Assembly (NCBI GenBank): GCA_030704615.1
Contig: CM060731.1
Coordinates: 28,644,001 to 28,708,000, forward strand
Direction: 5' to 3'
Origin: Takakia lepidozioides
Lineage: Eukaryota; Plantae; Bryophyta
Length of the DNA stretch: 64,000 nt
The notes under the pieces are model-generated. The model was not told the origin of the DNA. It saw only the letters and a list, made by a program, of their open reading frames with translations, and ran no database searches. Each line of letters begins with the position of its first letter. Position 1 is the stretch's first letter. Below are positions 61,135-64,000 of this stretch, one piece after another. Both the position numbers and the translations under genes were made by a program.

Positions 61135-62535
61135 CTATGCTGCAACCTCTTGAGCAGTACTCTCTTCCTGCTCAGTCAATGACAAGGCCTCATCCTGCCC
61201 CATCATCTCATCATTGAGAACCTCATCATCCCGAGAAGAATCCCCAACCTCATCCATCACAGCTGCCTTGGCTGCCAACTCCCTCTGGACCTCGAACACC
61301 TCCCACGTGTGCCATGGATGTCTACACCCCGTGGTCCTCACCGGCTTGCCCCCACTCGCTGCTTGTACCGTCTCGGTAGGCAGAGAGACCGTCAAAGTAA
61401 ATGCACTCCGCACTCTACGTTGCTCAGCCATAGCCAAGCTGATAATCCAGGTCAAGCAATTGAGATCCATTGCTTGCCCCAACACCTGACGACGTGATGC
61501 CTCAGAAAGAGAAGGCACCGCCGTGGTCCCAGTGGAAAACCCCATAGTCCGCTCTCGCTCGTCGGCATTAGGCTCCACTAACTGCTGCAACTGAGCATCC
61601 CACAGGAGGCCAGGTCCACCATCCCGAAAAGCATGGGATCCTGGGAAGCTGAGCAGTGTAGGTAATGCTGCTCGTGGTTGACCCACCCTGTTGACCACTG
61701 CCAAAGGCGAACGGTCATCATATCTCACACGTTGAGACTGCCTCCCTGTGTCCAAAATGTTGTCCACTATGAGGTGTGTTGGCCGCTCCACCCCATCAAA
61801 TGCACGCTTGAGCAGTGCGGGTGGCATCAAGTTAGTCCACCATAGCCGTGGACGATGAGCCCGTGATCCCACTGCAGCTGCATCCAGCAGCACTGCTGAC
61901 CCAAGCCACGACCGGACTTGATGCACACTGGCCATCACCCTGGCCCGAGAATCGCCCATCAGTGGCACATTCTCCAAGATGTATGCTGGCGATACAGCTT
62001 GATGAAGCTGCAAGTGGTGCAAAATCCGCACCATCCCCCAAAATAGACCCGTCCTCGAGTCTCGCAATCCATTGCCATGCCCGGCTGATGAATGCCCTTG
62101 GCAGGGCCAACCTGCCACTACCAGATCAATGGAGCCAACCTGCTCCAAATCCGGCGCCCCCAGCAACGAAATGTCTGCTGGCAAGGCTTGTTGGTATCCA
62201 CGAACTGCAGACACTGGCAACAAAGCAGGGTACTGCTGTACCAACTGAGCAACATGGCGCAGTGAGACGCGTTGTGCAGTCTCATCCCTCTCCACATACA
62301 GGTAACGCCTTACCCGCACATCTGCCTGTAGCACAGCAGCCAATCCGGTGCTGATCCTGCCAAACAAGTCCAGAAGGCAAATGCCTTCATCCGGATACTG
62401 CCACACAATAGGTGTGGTATCCAATGGTGACAACTGAGGTGGTCCTGGTGCAATACCCGCACTCTCCTCCTCTCCTGACGGTACAAAAGCCTCTACCCAG
62501 GCTTGTTGCACCCGTCGATCAGCAACCTGCTGCAC
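61135..62535 (-). CDS. C5-cytosine DNA methyltransferase domain (DNMT3-like) within Pol
   Basis: Motif I LDLFG(R/G)IS, motif II YVERD, motif IV DLVVAGWPCQGHS (catalytic PC), motif VI YILENV, motif VIII SRAHRPRLWWTNL, motif X RRQVLGQAM. Confidence 0.9.
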   Translation of the reverse strand: MQQVADRRVQQAWVEAFVPSGEEESAGIAPGPPQLSPLDTTPIVWQYPDEGICLLDLFGRISTGLAAVLQADVRVRRYLYVERDETAQRVSLRHVAQLVQQYPALLPVSAVRGYQQALPADISLLGAPDLEQVGSIDLVVAGWPCQGHSSAGHGNGLRDSRTGLFWGMVRILHHLQLHQAVSPAYILENVPLMGDSRARVMASVHQVRSWLGSAVLLDAAAVGSRAHRPRLWWTNLMPPALLKRAFDGVERPTHLIVDNILDTGRQSQRVRYDDRSPLAVVNRVGQPRAALPTLLSFPGSHAFRDGGPGLLWDAQLQQLVEPNADERERTMGFSTGTTAVPSLSEASRRQVLGQAMDLNCLTWIISLAMAEQRRVRSAFTLTVSLPTETVQAASGGKPVRTTGCRHPWHTWEVFEVQRELAAKAAVMDEVGDSSRDDEVLNDEMMGQDEALSLTEQEESTAQEVAA

Positions 62536-62547
62536 AATGGCCTTGGC

Positions 62548-63993
62548 TCACATGACTGAGCCATCGATAGGATGATCCGGCTGCAGTCTAATGGCCAACT
62601 GATGCCGTGTCATGCCCCGAGCCTGCTCTGATCCTCCCAGAGATGTCTGTATCTGGAAAGGACAAGGCTCCATATCCGCCTCCATGAGGCCCAAACCTGC
62701 AATAGCAGCTCTGCCCAACATCAGTGGCTGAGCTCCCGAGTCCAACAAGACCCGCAGTGGCCGGTACTTCTTGCCTGCCGGTCCACTCAAAGAGAAAATG
62801 CCATCCTGGTTGTCTAACAAGACAACTCCAGGTGTCACCATGGCGCACTCAAAGGCTGGCCTAGCTGGCAGCTCCGTCAACCTGGCAGCTGCAGCTTGCC
62901 ATGGCGCAGCCATGGCAGTCTTGACCCTCAGATCAAAGGATCCCTCTGCCACTACACCTTCCAGTAACTCCGCAGAAGATGAAGTGACCTCCCCACTCTC
63001 ACAGAGTGTTGCTGCTAGTCTGAACACTGCAGCTGGTCTTACCCCCAGCGTCGCAATCATGGTTGCCGAGAACAGTGGGGCTTGACACACAGAGGTGGCT
63101 GCCCCCAACAACACACCGGCTGCACTAGCCTTGGCAGCAGGTGTCAGTGCTGCACGTGTAACTCTTCCCAATGGCATAGAAACCTCCGCCTCGGTAACAG
63201 TCGGGCGAGAACTAGGTGCCATGGATGGCGTTGACACTATCTCCGCCAAAGTGAATGACTGAGGCAGCCTCGCCTGACGGCTTGCCTCCCCACGTTGTGG
63301 ATCCAACTCCACCTCTGCACCTCGTGGCTCAGGAACTCGTGCTGCTCCTCGAGTCACGGCTGCAGCAGACTCCACCTGCTCTAGTGGTAGTGCTGCTCCG
63401 CACATGAATCCCATGCCTCCCATATCTCCTCCCTCGGGAGCAGGAGGTGGACCATCCCGCCTGGGAGCCGGTACCGCCTGAGCTATAGCCATTGCAGCGA
63501 GCCTCTGCTCTAGCTGCTGAAGCCGGTTGGCCATGCCTTGGTCAACACCCTGACCTCCGCGTCCGTGGCCATGTTGAGCTTGCCCTTGGCCTGCACCTCG
63601 TGCCCGACCACCTCGTCCTCTCTGGGCTGGTCCACCTTGCCCCCGGCCACCATTGTTCCCTTGGAACTGGCCTGGGCGCAACTCAGGATGCAAGTCATAA
63701 CACTGGGCATCTCCATGCCCATACTTGCCACAATGCCCACACTGCAACTGTGCAGGCTGTGTTTGTGCCGGCCTTTTGCCACTCTCTGGGCAATCTCTCT
63801 TGACATGGGGTCCTCCACATGTCCAACATATCACCCCTGGTTGCTGTTGGCATGCAAAAGATGCCACGGGCCTCTGCACCTGAGGTCCCCTGTAAGCTCT
63901 ATGGAACTTGGGCTGGGCAACCTTGCCCCCCTGACCACGCTGTTGGGCAGTCCCTTGTGCCTGTGGGCTGACAGCTGTGCCCCGTGCAGGCAT
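62548..63993 (-). CDS. gag-pro: Gag C-terminus (two zinc knuckles) and aspartic protease
   Basis: CWTCGGPH..RDC, CGHCGKYGH...C, VLLDSGA. Separated from the DNMT ORF only by one in-frame TGA. Confidence 0.88.
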   Translation of the reverse strand: MPARGTAVSPQAQGTAQQRGQGGKVAQPKFHRAYRGPQVQRPVASFACQQQPGVICWTCGGPHVKRDCPESGKRPAQTQPAQLQCGHCGKYGHGDAQCYDLHPELRPGQFQGNNGGRGQGGPAQRGRGGRARGAGQGQAQHGHGRGGQGVDQGMANRLQQLEQRLAAMAIAQAVPAPRRDGPPPAPEGGDMGGMGFMCGAALPLEQVESAAAVTRGAARVPEPRGAEVELDPQRGEASRQARLPQSFTLAEIVSTPSMAPSSRPTVTEAEVSMPLGRVTRAALTPAAKASAAGVLLGAATSVCQAPLFSATMIATLGVRPAAVFRLAATLCESGEVTSSSAELLEGVVAEGSFDLRVKTAMAAPWQAAAARLTELPARPAFECAMVTPGVVLLDNQDGIFSLSGPAGKKYRPLRVLLDSGAQPLMLGRAAIAGLGLMEADMEPCPFQIQTSLGGSEQARGMTRHQLAIRLQPDHPIDGSVM

Positions 63994-64000
63994 GTCCTTG

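Larger units (their letters stand above)
57220..64000 (-). mobile_element. Ty3/Gypsy DNMT/PHD family, copy 2 (5' end outside the window)
   Basis: gag-PR-DNMT-RT-RH-IN-PHD, then PPT and the A-B-A terminal block. Confidence 0.93.

Noticed and set aside
61135-62535. Bacterial restriction-modification methylase or contamination
   Set aside because: In frame within a Gypsy Pol, present in two copies, with DNMT3-like motifs and no restriction enzyme nearby.

Overview
Eukaryotic, land-plant-like nuclear DNA, probably from a non-seed plant. It holds one clear host gene, an intron-split plastid omega-6 fatty-acid desaturase (FAD6, ~22.5-26.9 kb, +), embedded in nested transposable elements. The standout is a Ty3/Gypsy-type family present in two copies (3797-12833 +, internally deleted; 57220->64000 -, running off the window). 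Its Pol carries a DNMT3-like C5-cytosine methyltransferase between protease and RT, and a PHD finger on the integrase. It has no tRNA PBS but a Tf1-like self-complementary one. Instead of two normal LTRs it has split direct repeats (B-internal-A-B-A), as in tyrosine-recombinase PAT/Ngaro elements. Its ends fall at an internal GACA-GC-TGTC palindrome and are flanked by a 4-bp TSD, consistent with DDE-mediated integration of a 2-LTR circle. Other content: a recent RT-less Tat/Ogre-like LTR element with extra 3' ORFs inserted into an RTE-like LINE; a 10.7-kb TAC...GTA long-TIR element with a 6-bp TSD, containing an L1-ORF1/chromovirus chimera; a tRNA-derived SINE; L1 fragments; and an inverted duplication of an unknown gene built from tandem repressor-like motifs. 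All calls were made by eye from motifs; no database searches were run.
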